From an uncultured bacterium (GTDB lineage: Bacteria > Actinomycetota > Acidimicrobiia > Acidimicrobiales > RAAP-2), in assembly GCA_963923835.1 (NCBI GenBank), contig CAWUMA010000001.1, forward strand, positions 1-53,276: a stretch of 53,276 nucleotides of DNA. Reading direction: 5' to 3'. The translations under genes and the position numbers were made by a program. Under the pieces are notes generated by a model. That model was not told the origin of the DNA. It did not search any database and saw nothing but the letters and a program-made list of their open reading frames with translations. Numbering within the stretch: the stretch's first letter is position 1; the number at the start of each line of letters is the position of its first letter. Positions 18,803 to 28,601 of this stretch are shown here, in pieces.

Positions 18803-18861
18803 ATCGGCAGGTTACGCGCAGGGGCGAGCTCCACCCTGGGCGATGGTCACGAGCACGGGGC

Positions 18862-20352
18862 TCAGGTGTTCAGCGCGAAGCCCTGGTAGTTGGCCCCGTC
18901 CCACACGCTGCCCGCCGCGATGCAGGCCGATTCGGACGTGCACGTGAGAACGTAGATGCCACCACCGGTGTTGACGTTGGTCCACGGTCCCGGGGTGATG
19001 GGGAAGGCCAGGGGGCTCATGGTGCTCCACCCGTTGGTCGGGCTCTCACTGATGGTTCCGGTGGCGTAGTTGCCCGCAGCGTCAACGTAGGCACCGGCGG
19101 CGGTGCAGGTCCGGGCCGCGACACAGGTGACGGCCACGACGCCCCCATTGTGGCCCGCCCATTGGGCGTCGGCCGGGAGGGAGAGTTGTGTCGCCGGCTG
19201 CCAAATGCCACCGACCTCGTTGATCAAGAAGCCCTGCACGTTGCCGGCCGAATCCCGGTACTGACCACCGGTCGCGCAGAAATTCGTGGTGGGGCAACTT
19301 ACCCCGGCGAATCCGAAGAACATCACCCGGGGGTTGCTCGAGGTGCCCGTGGGCATCGTCAGGTTGACGGCCTGTTGCCACACTCCCGCAACCAGACTGT
19401 CGGCGAAGGCGCCGATGGCGCGGCTCTTCGTGCCGTACGTGCCGACCACCGTGCAGTTGCCGGCACTCGCGCAGGTCACTTCCGAGGCCGACGTGGCCGC
19501 AAACTGGCCGGCGTTCGTCGGGGGAGTGACGGCGGTGGCCTTCCACGTTCCCAAGTGCTGAGTCTCCAGGAGTCCCTTGGTTTGGCCGTCGCGGGTGTAG
19601 TAGGTACCCACCGCCACGCATTCGCCGACCGCCGCACAACTGATCTGGGTGAGCGAGACCAGCGGGTTCACATTGCGATCGGTCGGCAGGGGCAGCTTTT
19701 GGCTGGTCGCCGTTTGGGTTCCACTGGCGGGAATGGTGGTGGTGACGGCGATCGGGAAGGTGCGCGGAATAGTGGTCGGATTCGACCCGTCGCCGGCGTT
19801 GTCGAGGTAGGTGCCGACCGCCACACACGTGGGACCCACATCGGTCGCGCAACTCACCGAACGAAGTGCCGAGTTCTGCAGGCCCGTCGTGGCATCACTG
19901 GGCAGCGTGACGGCCACCGACTTCATCGTGCCGTTCGTCGAGGTCACCAGCCAGGGCTTGGTTTGGTTATTGGTGAAGCCGTAACCACCGACAATCTGGC
20001 AGACGTTCTTGCCGGAAGTGACGAAGCAATCCGTCGAATTCGGCGTGCCCGAGGGGAAATTGAAGTCGGTCGGGTTCGGCATATAGACGGGGTTCTGCCA
20101 GGTGCCGTTCTTGTATTCGTAGGCCACGGCCGCCGTGTATCCGTTGGCGTCGATGTCGGTCGTTGCGCCGAGGCAGTACGAGGCAGATGCGCAGTCCATG
20201 GCGTAAAAGAGGCCGTTCTGCACGCCGACGTAGCCCGTTGCGGGTGCAATCACCGTCGGGTCCTTCCACGTCGGACCCGTGACCGCGGCCGGTGCGAGGG
20301 CACCTCCGTGCCACAGCGTGACGGCGATGACGAGTGGGCGAACGAAGTGCAT
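18862..20352 (-). CDS. Secreted protein with eight C-x5-8-C repeats (probable beta-propeller)
   Basis: Signal-like MHFVRPLVIAVTLWHGGALAPAA; repeats such as ISCAAVGECVAVGTY, VTCASAGNCTVVGTY, VSCPTTNFCATGGQY; start reassigned to ATG 20352. Confidence 0.8.
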   Translation of the reverse strand: MHFVRPLVIAVTLWHGGALAPAAVTGPTWKDPTVIAPATGYVGVQNGLFYAMDCASASYCLGATTDIDANGYTAAVAYEYKNGTWQNPVYMPNPTDFNFPSGTPNSTDCFVTSGKNVCQIVGGYGFTNNQTKPWLVTSTNGTMKSVAVTLPSDATTGLQNSALRSVSCATDVGPTCVAVGTYLDNAGDGSNPTTIPRTFPIAVTTTIPASGTQTATSQKLPLPTDRNVNPLVSLTQISCAAVGECVAVGTYYTRDGQTKGLLETQHLGTWKATAVTPPTNAGQFAATSASEVTCASAGNCTVVGTYGTKSRAIGAFADSLVAGVWQQAVNLTMPTGTSSNPRVMFFGFAGVSCPTTNFCATGGQYRDSAGNVQGFLINEVGGIWQPATQLSLPADAQWAGHNGGVVAVTCVAARTCTAAGAYVDAAGNYATGTISESPTNGWSTMSPLAFPITPGPWTNVNTGGGIYVLTCTSESACIAAGSVWDGANYQGFALNT

Positions 20353-20450
20353 GATCAAACGCAAGTCTAGGAATACCAGCCCCGTTGGCTGGGTCGGCCT
20401 CGTTACTGTGTGCCCATGTCCGGCTGGTGTCGTTTCGGTGGGTGGCGGCC

Positions 20451-21983
20451 ATGTTGGCGCTGATTCCCCAACCTCGCGAGTGCGACGTGCGACCGGGGGT
20501 TGTTGTCTGGACGGGTTCGGTGGGGGTGGCGGCACCCGACGAGTGGCGTGATGCCATCGAAACGTGGTGTGTCGAGTCTTCCATCGAGGGCTGCGCGCTT
20601 GTGATCACTTCGACCGTCGCTGCTCCACGACTCACGATTCGGCGTGACTCGTCACTGCCATCGGGCGGATACCGACTGGTGACTGACGACGTGTCGGAGA
20701 TTGTGGCTTCTGATGCGTCCGGAGCGTTGCACGCCCTCGCCACGCTGCGACAGCTGGGCCCCCATGAGTGGTGGCGGGGCGGTGACGTGAAAGGCGGGCG
20801 AATTGAAATTTCGAAAGTTCAGATCACCGACTGGCCCGAATTTGGTTGGCGTGGCGCCCACCTGGATGTGGCACGTCACTTCTTCCCGGTCGACGTCGTG
20901 GAGAACTTCATCGATCTCATCGCCGCGCACAAATTGAATTCACTCCACCTCCATTTGAATGATGACCAGGGCTGGCGGGTGGAGCTTCCGCAATGGCCCC
21001 GTCTGACCGAGGTGGGCGCGTGGCGACGGGCGTCGCCACGCGGCCTCGAGCGTGACGGTGTTGATGACGGTACCCCGCACGGCGGTTTTTACCGCGCCGA
21101 CGACATCGCGCGACTGGTCGACCACGCCACACGGCGTGGCGTGCGATTGATCCCAGAGATCGATCTCCCGGGTCACGCCCAGGCGGTCCTCGCCTCGTAC
21201 CCCGAGTTGGGAAACGGTGGTGGGCCGGTCGAGGTCTGGACCCACTGGGGCATCTCCCGTGAGGTTCTGGCACCGAGTACCGAGGCGTTGGCGTTCGCGG
21301 CGTCGGTGGTGCGTGCGGTGGCAGACATGTTCCCCGGTTCTCCGGTGCACATTGGTGGAGACGAGTGCCCCACCGATCAGTGGGAATCAAGTGATGTGGC
21401 TCGCGCAGTGATGATTGAGTACGGCTTCACCGCAGCCCGTGAGTTACAGGGCCTCTTCACCCGTCGGTTGACCGAGGAGTTGACCGCGGCCGGGCGCGAC
21501 GTGGTGGCCTGGGATGAGGTTCTCGACGCCGACCCACCGACGTCGGTGATCGTGGCGGCGTGGCGTTCGGTGGACAAGGGCCGCGACGCGGCCACCCGAG
21601 GGCACCGTGTGGTGATGGCACCCATGCCCTTCACCTATTTCGACTGGCGACAAAGTGACGATCCGTCAGAACCATTAGCGATGGCCTTTCCGCTCGCGAT
21701 GTCGACCTGGGAGAAGGTCTACGGATTCACGGTGGTGCCCGACGGCCTCGACGTCGAGGCCGCGTCGCGAATACTGGGGGCCCAGGCGCAACACTGGACC
21801 GAGTACATCGCGACCCCCGAGCACCTCGAGTACATGGCCTTTCCCCGCCTGGCCGCCTTTGCGGAGGTGGTGTGGGGAACTGCCGGCCCCGTGGAGGAGT
21901 TCCGACCCCGCCTCGAAACACACCTGGCGCGTTTGCGGGCCAACGGGGTGAATTTCCGTCCCCTGGACCGGCCGGGAAGTTAG
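20451..21983 (+). CDS. Beta-N-acetylhexosaminidase, GH20
   Basis: LIPQP, DWPEFGWRGAHLDVARHF, HLHLNDDQGWR, PEIDLPGH, catalytic HIGGDE, WTEY, FPRLAAFAEVVW; no obvious signal peptide. Confidence 0.95.
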   Translation: MLALIPQPRECDVRPGVVVWTGSVGVAAPDEWRDAIETWCVESSIEGCALVITSTVAAPRLTIRRDSSLPSGGYRLVTDDVSEIVASDASGALHALATLRQLGPHEWWRGGDVKGGRIEISKVQITDWPEFGWRGAHLDVARHFFPVDVVENFIDLIAAHKLNSLHLHLNDDQGWRVELPQWPRLTEVGAWRRASPRGLERDGVDDGTPHGGFYRADDIARLVDHATRRGVRLIPEIDLPGHAQAVLASYPELGNGGGPVEVWTHWGISREVLAPSTEALAFAASVVRAVADMFPGSPVHIGGDECPTDQWESSDVARAVMIEYGFTAARELQGLFTRRLTEELTAAGRDVVAWDEVLDADPPTSVIVAAWRSVDKGRDAATRGHRVVMAPMPFTYFDWRQSDDPSEPLAMAFPLAMSTWEKVYGFTVVPDGLDVEAASRILGAQAQHWTEYIATPEHLEYMAFPRLAAFAEVVWGTAGPVEEFRPRLETHLARLRANGVNFRPLDRPGS

Positions 21984-22032
21984 GGACTTCGGTCGTCTGG
22001 ACGGCACCCTGGTGGAGTCGTAGAACGGGGTC

Positions 22033-23031
22033 ATGGCCAGTTGGTTTTCACGAGTGACGTCCGGACCCGACGAAGTGTCCACGGCGATTGATGAGTGGGT
22101 GAGCGAGGGAATCATCGATACGGCGTTGGCCGAACGGTTGCGGTTCTCCACTCGGGAGCGTTTGGCGCAGGCGCCCGCTGTCTTGTCGCCGGCCGCCGAG
22201 CTCGGGAGTTACATCGGCATCGTGGTGGCTCTCGGAAGTGGAGCATTCCTGACGACTCGACTGTGGCGCAGTTTCGGTGTGTCGGGTCAGGCCGCCGTGG
22301 GAGCGGTTCTCGCTTTGGTGGGCTTGATCGTGGGCGCGCGGCTCACCACCACCGAAGATCCGGGCATGGGTCGCTTGGGTCGCTTCATGTGGTTCGTGGG
22401 TACCGGGGGCGTCGCCATGACGACATCGGTTCTCACCGACACGTGGAGTTCTCACCGACCGGGCGTCGTGCTGATCGCGACGGGAACATTGGTGGCTGTC
22501 GTCAGCGGTGTGCTGTGGATGAACCGCCCGCGACCACTTCAGTTCTTGACGACCGGAGCTGGGTTGACCCTTCTCACGTTTGGCGTTCTGGTGCAGGCGG
22601 ACTGGAATGTCTCGCCCCTTACGGGCGGACTGGTCATGTGGGGTGTGGGAGCCGCACTGTGCGTCGGAGCACGGACCGTTCTGTCGCCGCCGGTGACGGC
22701 CTTCATCGTGGGAACGGGAAGTGCCTACATGGGCTCACTCGCCATCACGTCAATGCAGCGTCCGCTCGGGCTCACGCTCGGCGTGGCCAGCGCCGTGGCG
22801 GTCACCGCGATGGGACTCGGTCAACGAGTGGATGCGTACACGGCGTTGGGTGTGATTGGTGTACTCATCTTTGCGATGCGCGTCATGGCCTACTACGTGC
22901 GCGGCACGGGACCACTACTGGCGATGTTCGCGCTGGCCCTCGCCGTGGTCGTCGTGATCGTGGTTCGGGCCATGCGCCCCCACCCGGGGGCACCGGCTGG
23001 AACTAGAGCAAGGACTTTGTCGAAGCGATGA
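22033..23031 (+). CDS. DUF2157-like integral membrane protein
   Basis: WVSEGIIDTALAERL N-terminal motif followed by about 10 TM helices. Confidence 0.7.
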   Translation: MASWFSRVTSGPDEVSTAIDEWVSEGIIDTALAERLRFSTRERLAQAPAVLSPAAELGSYIGIVVALGSGAFLTTRLWRSFGVSGQAAVGAVLALVGLIVGARLTTTEDPGMGRLGRFMWFVGTGGVAMTTSVLTDTWSSHRPGVVLIATGTLVAVVSGVLWMNRPRPLQFLTTGAGLTLLTFGVLVQADWNVSPLTGGLVMWGVGAALCVGARTVLSPPVTAFIVGTGSAYMGSLAITSMQRPLGLTLGVASAVAVTAMGLGQRVDAYTALGVIGVLIFAMRVMAYYVRGTGPLLAMFALALAVVVVIVVRAMRPHPGAPAGTRARTLSKR

Positions 23032-23587
23032 ACTTCAGCAGGGCCGCGCTCGGCGGTCCGGCCGGCTCAGTCTGGGTCAAGACGATGTACTTGCCGGCCA
23101 CCCAGGCGTCGAGGCGCACGCTCGCGGCGCTGGTGGTTGAGCCCAGGCCGTCTTCCTTGCCGTTACCGAAGTCGAGGTAGTCGGCCACGCCGCCCACCAT
23201 GGTCTTCTTCATGGCGCCGTCGGACTGCTTCACCATGTAAGCCATGTATTGCGTGGCGGTCATCGCCGCCACGCGCTCGGTGTTGGGCTTGGTGGACAGC
23301 TTGGCGATGTCGGCCGGCGACACGCACGACACAACCAAGGCCTTGGCACCGAAGTCAATCGTCATGCCCAGAGCGTTGGCCGGGTTGGCCGAGGGCTTGG
23401 CGTAGTTGTAGTTCGTGATCATCGCGGGCGTCGCGTTCTTGAACCCGTCAGCCACCACCACCGCCTGGGTGATTTTGGTGCAGTTATTGGTGGTTGCGGC
23501 CACGGCCGCAGTGGCGTGGCCGGTGGCGACAACGAGGGGGGTGACGGCGAGAACGCCGGACGCGAACACGGATGCGATGCGCTTCAT
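23003..23587 (-). CDS. Secreted hypothetical protein, paralog A
   Basis: Signal MKRIASVFASGVLAVTPLVVATGHATA, SD GAAAGG; clearly similar to the 30006-30584 product. Confidence 0.8.
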   Translation of the reverse strand: MKRIASVFASGVLAVTPLVVATGHATAAVAATTNNCTKITQAVVVADGFKNATPAMITNYNYAKPSANPANALGMTIDFGAKALVVSCVSPADIAKLSTKPNTERVAAMTATQYMAYMVKQSDGAMKKTMVGGVADYLDFGNGKEDGLGSTTSAASVRLDAWVAGKYIVLTQTEPAGPPSAALLKFIASTKSLL

Positions 23588-23657
23588 AGTTGACCTTTCG
23601 GGCTTGATTACCGATTGACCACAGTACTGGGGGAATTCCGTTTTGTATTGTCGCCCC

Positions 23658-25571
23658 ATGACCTACACCGCTGAGCGCAAACCGGCGTCGCCGGCTACTC
23701 AGGCCGTCCTGGCCCCCGTGACGAGTTCGTTGCCCTTTGACGACACCACCGACTTCGAACTGGCCCGTCGTGGGCTGATTGCCGAACCAGACGTGCGCTC
23801 GCTAATTGGTCGAATGGGAACCCCGGTGTGGAACCTCGACGACTACGCGTTTCAGGTTGAGGGCTCGCCGGCCCCCGACTCGGTCCACCCGAGCTTGTGG
23901 CGCCAGGCCCAACTGAACAACATCGCCGGCCTGTTCGAGGTGACTCCGGGGATCTATCAGGTTCGCGGACTCGACATCTCTAACATCACGTTCATCCGGG
24001 GTCAGCGCGGGTGGATTGTGATCGACCCGTTGACGGGTACCGAGATGGCCGAAGAGGCGCTCGCGATGGTCAACAAGTACGTCGAGACCCGACCGGTCAC
24101 GGCGGTCATTTACTCACACAGCCACACCGACCACTTTGGAGGCATTCTCGGCGTGACCACCCGGGAAGCCGTCGAGTCCGGAGAAGTACCGGTGTACGCC
24201 CCCGAAGGCTTCTTGAGCGAGGCCGTCAGCGAAAACATCACCGCCGGCACTGCGATGCTGCGCCGCGCCACCTACATGTACGGCGCCCTTCTCCCGAAGG
24301 ACGAGAAGGGCCACGTCGACACGGGCCTCGGCAAGACGATTCCCTCGCTGCCCCGCGTGAGTCTCGTTGCACCCACGCACGAAGTGGGTGGCGACTATCA
24401 AACGGTGGTGATCGACGGGGTCACCGTGGAGTTCCAGCTCACCCCCGGGGCCGAGGCACCGGCCGAAATGAACATGCATTTTCCCGAGTTCCGGGCTCTG
24501 TGTCTCGCCGAGACGTGTACGGCCAACTTCCACAACCTCTACACGTTGCGTGGCGCACAGGTTCGCGACGCCCTGGCGTGGTCGAAGTACACGCACGCCG
24601 CCCTGCTTCGCTACGCCGACCAGGCCGATGTCACATTCGCGTCGCACCACTGGCCTCGCTGGGGCAAAGAGGCCATCACGCAGTATCTAGAGGATCAGCA
24701 CGATCTCTACCGGTACGTGCACGACCAGACGATGCGGTGGGCCAATCTGGGATACACCAGTCGCGAGATCGCCGAACGGGTGACTCTGCCCCCCGCCCTG
24801 GCGCAGCGTTTCTATCTCCGTGACTACTACGGCACGGTTCGCCACAACACCAAGGCCGTCTACCAGCGCTACCTCGGCTGGTTCGACGCCAACCCGGCGT
24901 CGCTCAACTCCCTGCCCCCCGTGGAGGCGGCGCACAAGTACGTGGAGTTCATGGGTGGGGCCGAGGAAGTCATGCGCAAAGCGGAAGCATCGGCTCAGGC
25001 CGGTGACTATCGCTGGGCGGCCGAGGTGATGAACCACGTCGTCTTTGCCGACCCCGACAACGAACAAGCCCGTTTCCTGCAGGCCGACATTCTCGAACAG
25101 CTCGGTTACCAGAGCGAGTCGGGACCGTGGCGCGACTTTTACTTGACTGGTGCCCAGGAACTGCGCGCGAACGGCACCATCTTGCGCGGCATCAAAGCCG
25201 CCGGAATGGGCCCGCACATCGTGGTCGCGATGACGATGGAGCAGACCTTCGATCTCCTGGCTATTCGAATTGATGGCGACAACCAGGCCGATGTGAAGTT
25301 ACGTGTCAACGTGGCATTGAGTGACCGCGATGAGTGGTCGTTCGGCGTGCGCAATGCGGTCCTGCACGCGGCACCCGGGCACTATGCGGATCCGACTCAC
25401 GTGGTGCACGGCAACTTTGAGGCCTTGTCCGGTCTCGTGGCGGCCAACGCGTCTCTGGCCGATCTCGAAGCGTCCGGTTCGTTGCGCATTGACGGCGACC
25501 ATGGCGATTTCGCCCGTTTCATCGAGGGCTTGACGGAATTTTCATTTGGATTCGAGGTCGTGTTGCCCTGA
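23658..25571 (+). CDS. Alkyl/aryl sulfatase, SdsA1/BDS1 metallo-beta-lactamase family, with dimerisation and SCP2-like domains
   Basis: VHPSLWRQAQLN, IYQVRGLDISN, YSHSHTDH, GAEAPAEM, HNLYTLRGAQVRD, SHHWP, YQRYLGWFDANP. Confidence 0.94.
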   Translation: MTYTAERKPASPATQAVLAPVTSSLPFDDTTDFELARRGLIAEPDVRSLIGRMGTPVWNLDDYAFQVEGSPAPDSVHPSLWRQAQLNNIAGLFEVTPGIYQVRGLDISNITFIRGQRGWIVIDPLTGTEMAEEALAMVNKYVETRPVTAVIYSHSHTDHFGGILGVTTREAVESGEVPVYAPEGFLSEAVSENITAGTAMLRRATYMYGALLPKDEKGHVDTGLGKTIPSLPRVSLVAPTHEVGGDYQTVVIDGVTVEFQLTPGAEAPAEMNMHFPEFRALCLAETCTANFHNLYTLRGAQVRDALAWSKYTHAALLRYADQADVTFASHHWPRWGKEAITQYLEDQHDLYRYVHDQTMRWANLGYTSREIAERVTLPPALAQRFYLRDYYGTVRHNTKAVYQRYLGWFDANPASLNSLPPVEAAHKYVEFMGGAEEVMRKAEASAQAGDYRWAAEVMNHVVFADPDNEQARFLQADILEQLGYQSESGPWRDFYLTGAQELRANGTILRGIKAAGMGPHIVVAMTMEQTFDLLAIRIDGDNQADVKLRVNVALSDRDEWSFGVRNAVLHAAPGHYADPTHVVHGNFEALSGLVAANASLADLEASGSLRIDGDHGDFARFIEGLTEFSFGFEVVLP

Positions 25572-25592
25572 ACGGGGCAGACTGCGAACGGT

Positions 25593-26645
25593 ATGCGGGT
25601 TCCCTTCAGCGATGAGCTAGACGCGGCCTGGTTCGCCGACGTCGTGGGGACACCCTCCGACGCCGTGGTGAGTCGCAGCGACGTGGGTTCGGGTCAGGTG
25701 GCGCACTGTTACCGGTACGAAGTTCGCTCCGGTGACGCCACGTCATCGTTCGTCGTGAAGGTACCGTCCACCGACGCGACGAGTCGGGCGACGGCCGCCG
25801 CGCAGCGGCTCTACCTACGCGAGACGTCCTTCTACCGTCACCTCGCTCCGCGGATCGCCACCCGGACGCCGTTTTGCTACGTGAGCATGCGCGATGAAGA
25901 CGACAATTTCTTGCTTCTTCTCGAGGATGTGAGCCCCGCCGGCTCCGTTGATCAGTTCGCGGGACTCACCCTCGATCAGGCGCGCGAGGGGTTGCGGCAG
26001 CTGGCCCACCTCCACGCCGCGACGCTGCACGACAGCGAGTTGCACGCGGCTGAATGGCTCACCGGATACTCGCGCGACGTCGCTCCGGTGGTGCGCACCA
26101 TCCTGCCGGCACTCTTCGACCAGTTCCTCGATCGCTACGCCGTGGATATTGACGATGAAACTCGGGCGGTAGTCACCGAACTGCGGGGCAAGCTCGAACG
26201 CTTTTCGGGTTACACGACCCCCCACCCCGCGGTGCAACACGGCGATTTTCGAACCGACAACCTTCTCTTCGACGCCAAGGGTGGCGAAGTTCCCATGGTG
26301 GTGGTCGACTGGCAAACGGTGGCCGTCGGCAGCCCGTTACTCGACGTCGCGTACTTCGTGGTGACCTCGCTGAGCGCCGATGACTGCGAAGAGCTCGATG
26401 AGAGTCTGTTGGCTTTCTACCTGGACTTTTTAGAGGGCCTCGGTGGTCGTCTCGACCGTGACGTGGCCCGTGCCGAATTCGCTCGGTACACCCTCCAACC
26501 CGTGGTGATGCTGGTCGCCGCATCGGTCATCGTCGAGCGCACCGAGCGCGGCGACCGGATGTTTCTGTCAATGATTCGCCGGGCCGTCACGGCCGCACGT
26601 CGCTGGAAAGCCCTCGAGGAGTTGGATCGCGATGCTGCTTCCTGA
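25593..26645 (+). CDS. APH/ecdysteroid-kinase-like phosphotransferase
   Basis: FVVKVP, YLRETSFY, LLLED, HGDFRTDNLLF, VDWQT, DVAYF. Confidence 0.9.
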   Translation: MRVPFSDELDAAWFADVVGTPSDAVVSRSDVGSGQVAHCYRYEVRSGDATSSFVVKVPSTDATSRATAAAQRLYLRETSFYRHLAPRIATRTPFCYVSMRDEDDNFLLLLEDVSPAGSVDQFAGLTLDQAREGLRQLAHLHAATLHDSELHAAEWLTGYSRDVAPVVRTILPALFDQFLDRYAVDIDDETRAVVTELRGKLERFSGYTTPHPAVQHGDFRTDNLLFDAKGGEVPMVVVDWQTVAVGSPLLDVAYFVVTSLSADDCEELDESLLAFYLDFLEGLGGRLDRDVARAEFARYTLQPVVMLVAASVIVERTERGDRMFLSMIRRAVTAARRWKALEELDRDAAS

Positions 26646-27687
26646 GGACGACTACCCACTCCACCAAAGTGCTCTGCCCCTGGCCCACGTCATGGACGGG
26701 CACCCCAACGCGTACGACCGTTACTTCTTCAACGGCTTTGCGGAGGATTTCTATTTCGCCGTCGCTCTCGGTCTGTACCCGAACCGCGGCGTCATCGACG
26801 GCGCCTTCAGTGTCGTGGTGGGGGGCAAGCAATATTCGGTCTTCGCTTCGGACGCCTTGACGGGACGCCCGACCGAAGTGGGCCCCATCCGCGTGGAGAT
26901 TGTTGAGCCGTTGTCGGTGAACCGTCTCGTGGTGGACGCACCCGAACAGGGGCTACGCGCCGAGCTTGTGTACACCCGGTCGACCGCCACCATCGAAGAA
27001 CCACGCCAAACGATGCACGACGCCAACCGCTTGTTCATGGACGTGACACGCGCCACCCAGTTAGGAACGTGGAGTGGGTGGATCGAGACTCCAGCGGGAC
27101 GGATGAGCGCGACGGGGTTGATGGGAACCAAGGACCGTTCGTGGGGGGTTCGACCGGTGGGTGAACCTCTTCCTGGTGCTCCGACGAACCGGGTTCCCCA
27201 GATTGCTTTCTTCTGGGCGCCTTTCAGCGTCGGCGGCGAGGGACGCCACTACATGACGTTTCGTGACGGCGACGGCGGTGTTCTCAGCGAATCTGGTGGC
27301 GTACTTCCGATCGACGGTTCGTCGGCACGTCACGTGGGCGGTGACCTCACCATCGAGTGGGAGCCCGGGACCCGGCGAGCTCGCCTCGCCACCGTGAAGG
27401 TGGGTACAGAGAGATACCAACTCACGCCGTTGCTTCGGTTCCACATGCGTGGTGTCGGATACGGCCACCCCACCTACGCCCACGGTCGTTGGCACGGGGG
27501 GCCCGTGGTCGACGGCGAGACTCTCGTTATCGACGAGGTGTCACCCGCGGACTATTTCTCGTTGCACATCCAGCACGTCGTCCGAGTGGAAGGTTCGACG
27601 GGTTCGGGACTAGGGGTTCTCGAGCAACTTCTGGTGGGCCCCTTCGCACCGGGTGGGTTCACCGACCTTCTGGACGGCGCGCCCTAG
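26632..27687 (+). CDS. Conserved actinobacterial hypothetical protein (Rv3169-like)
   Basis: DDYPLHQ, YDRYFFNG, GLYPN, QLGTWSGWI, DRSWGVRPVGE; overlaps the kinase gene. Family recalled from memory. Confidence 0.75.
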   Translation: MLLPEDDYPLHQSALPLAHVMDGHPNAYDRYFFNGFAEDFYFAVALGLYPNRGVIDGAFSVVVGGKQYSVFASDALTGRPTEVGPIRVEIVEPLSVNRLVVDAPEQGLRAELVYTRSTATIEEPRQTMHDANRLFMDVTRATQLGTWSGWIETPAGRMSATGLMGTKDRSWGVRPVGEPLPGAPTNRVPQIAFFWAPFSVGGEGRHYMTFRDGDGGVLSESGGVLPIDGSSARHVGGDLTIEWEPGTRRARLATVKVGTERYQLTPLLRFHMRGVGYGHPTYAHGRWHGGPVVDGETLVIDEVSPADYFSLHIQHVVRVEGSTGSGLGVLEQLLVGPFAPGGFTDLLDGAP

Positions 27688-28601
27688 AACCGACCGACCG
27701 TCCGGTGTAGCCGAAGCGCCGTAGGGGTGAAGCCGTATCGGGGCCAGAACTCGGCGGCCGATCGGTGGGGCACCCGCCAATTTGTTTCGGCGATCGTGAA
27801 ACCTCGTTGCAACCCCTCGTGCAGGGCGGCGTCAACCATGGACGTTCCGATCCCCCGGTTGCGGTGGGTTTCGTCGACGATGACGGCGCTGAGATGGATG
27901 GCGCCCTCGGGTGTGTCGCGCCGCGGGGGTAACGGGAAGGTGATGCACGATGCGACCGCCGAATCATGCGTCTCGACAATCCATAGTCGGCTGTCGGGTT
28001 CTTCGAGGAGTTCGCCGAGGTCGTCGTGAGTGTCTCGCGGGAGGTCGAAGCTGAAACTCGGCCCCAAGGACTGGGCGTCCTGCAGTTTCTCAGCGAGCCC
28101 GATGGCTGTCGCGAGGTCGCTCACATCGCCACGACGGAGGTGGTAGCCGTCCGGCAGGGGGCGAACGGAGCGCGGGGAGAGATGCATCATTCCCCGGCGG
28201 TGCATGAAATGGAAACCGAGTTCCAGCCAGTCATTGCGACGGGTCAGTTCGTCGTGGATCCACACGAAGTGCTCCACCACGCCCCGTTCGGCCCACTGGG
28301 CACCGGCGTGGGCGTACAGGGCGGCGAGTACGTGCGGGTTATCGAACGAGACACCGTCAGGTGCAATCCATGCACCGTGCCCGAAGACGTCACTCTCCAA
28401 GATGGCCCCATGGATGTGGCCGACGACGCCATCGTCGAGGGCGACCCACACCGGTTCGGGGGTTGACAGAAGGGCGCCGGCTAACTCGTCAGCGTCGAAA
28501 TCGGCATTGACGAACCCGTGTGTCGACGCTTCCGAAAAGAGTCGCTGTACACGCGCGACGACGGCATCGACCGTTGACTCGTCGATTGCGACGATATTCA
28601 C
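27684..28601 (-). CDS. Tandem GNAT-family N-acetyltransferase
   Basis: C-terminal VDETHRNRGIGT acetyl-CoA motif, FWPRYGF; degenerate N-terminal GNAT (WLELGF). Confidence 0.85.
   Translation of the reverse strand: MNIVAIDESTVDAVVARVQRLFSEASTHGFVNADFDADELAGALLSTPEPVWVALDDGVVGHIHGAILESDVFGHGAWIAPDGVSFDNPHVLAALYAHAGAQWAERGVVEHFVWIHDELTRRNDWLELGFHFMHRRGMMHLSPRSVRPLPDGYHLRRGDVSDLATAIGLAEKLQDAQSLGPSFSFDLPRDTHDDLGELLEEPDSRLWIVETHDSAVASCITFPLPPRRDTPEGAIHLSAVIVDETHRNRGIGTSMVDAALHEGLQRGFTIAETNWRVPHRSAAEFWPRYGFTPTALRLHRTVGRF

Noticed and set aside
18781-20370. 529-aa plus-strand ORF
   Set aside because: Arg/Gly-rich antisense shadow of the Cys-repeat gene with no recognisable motifs
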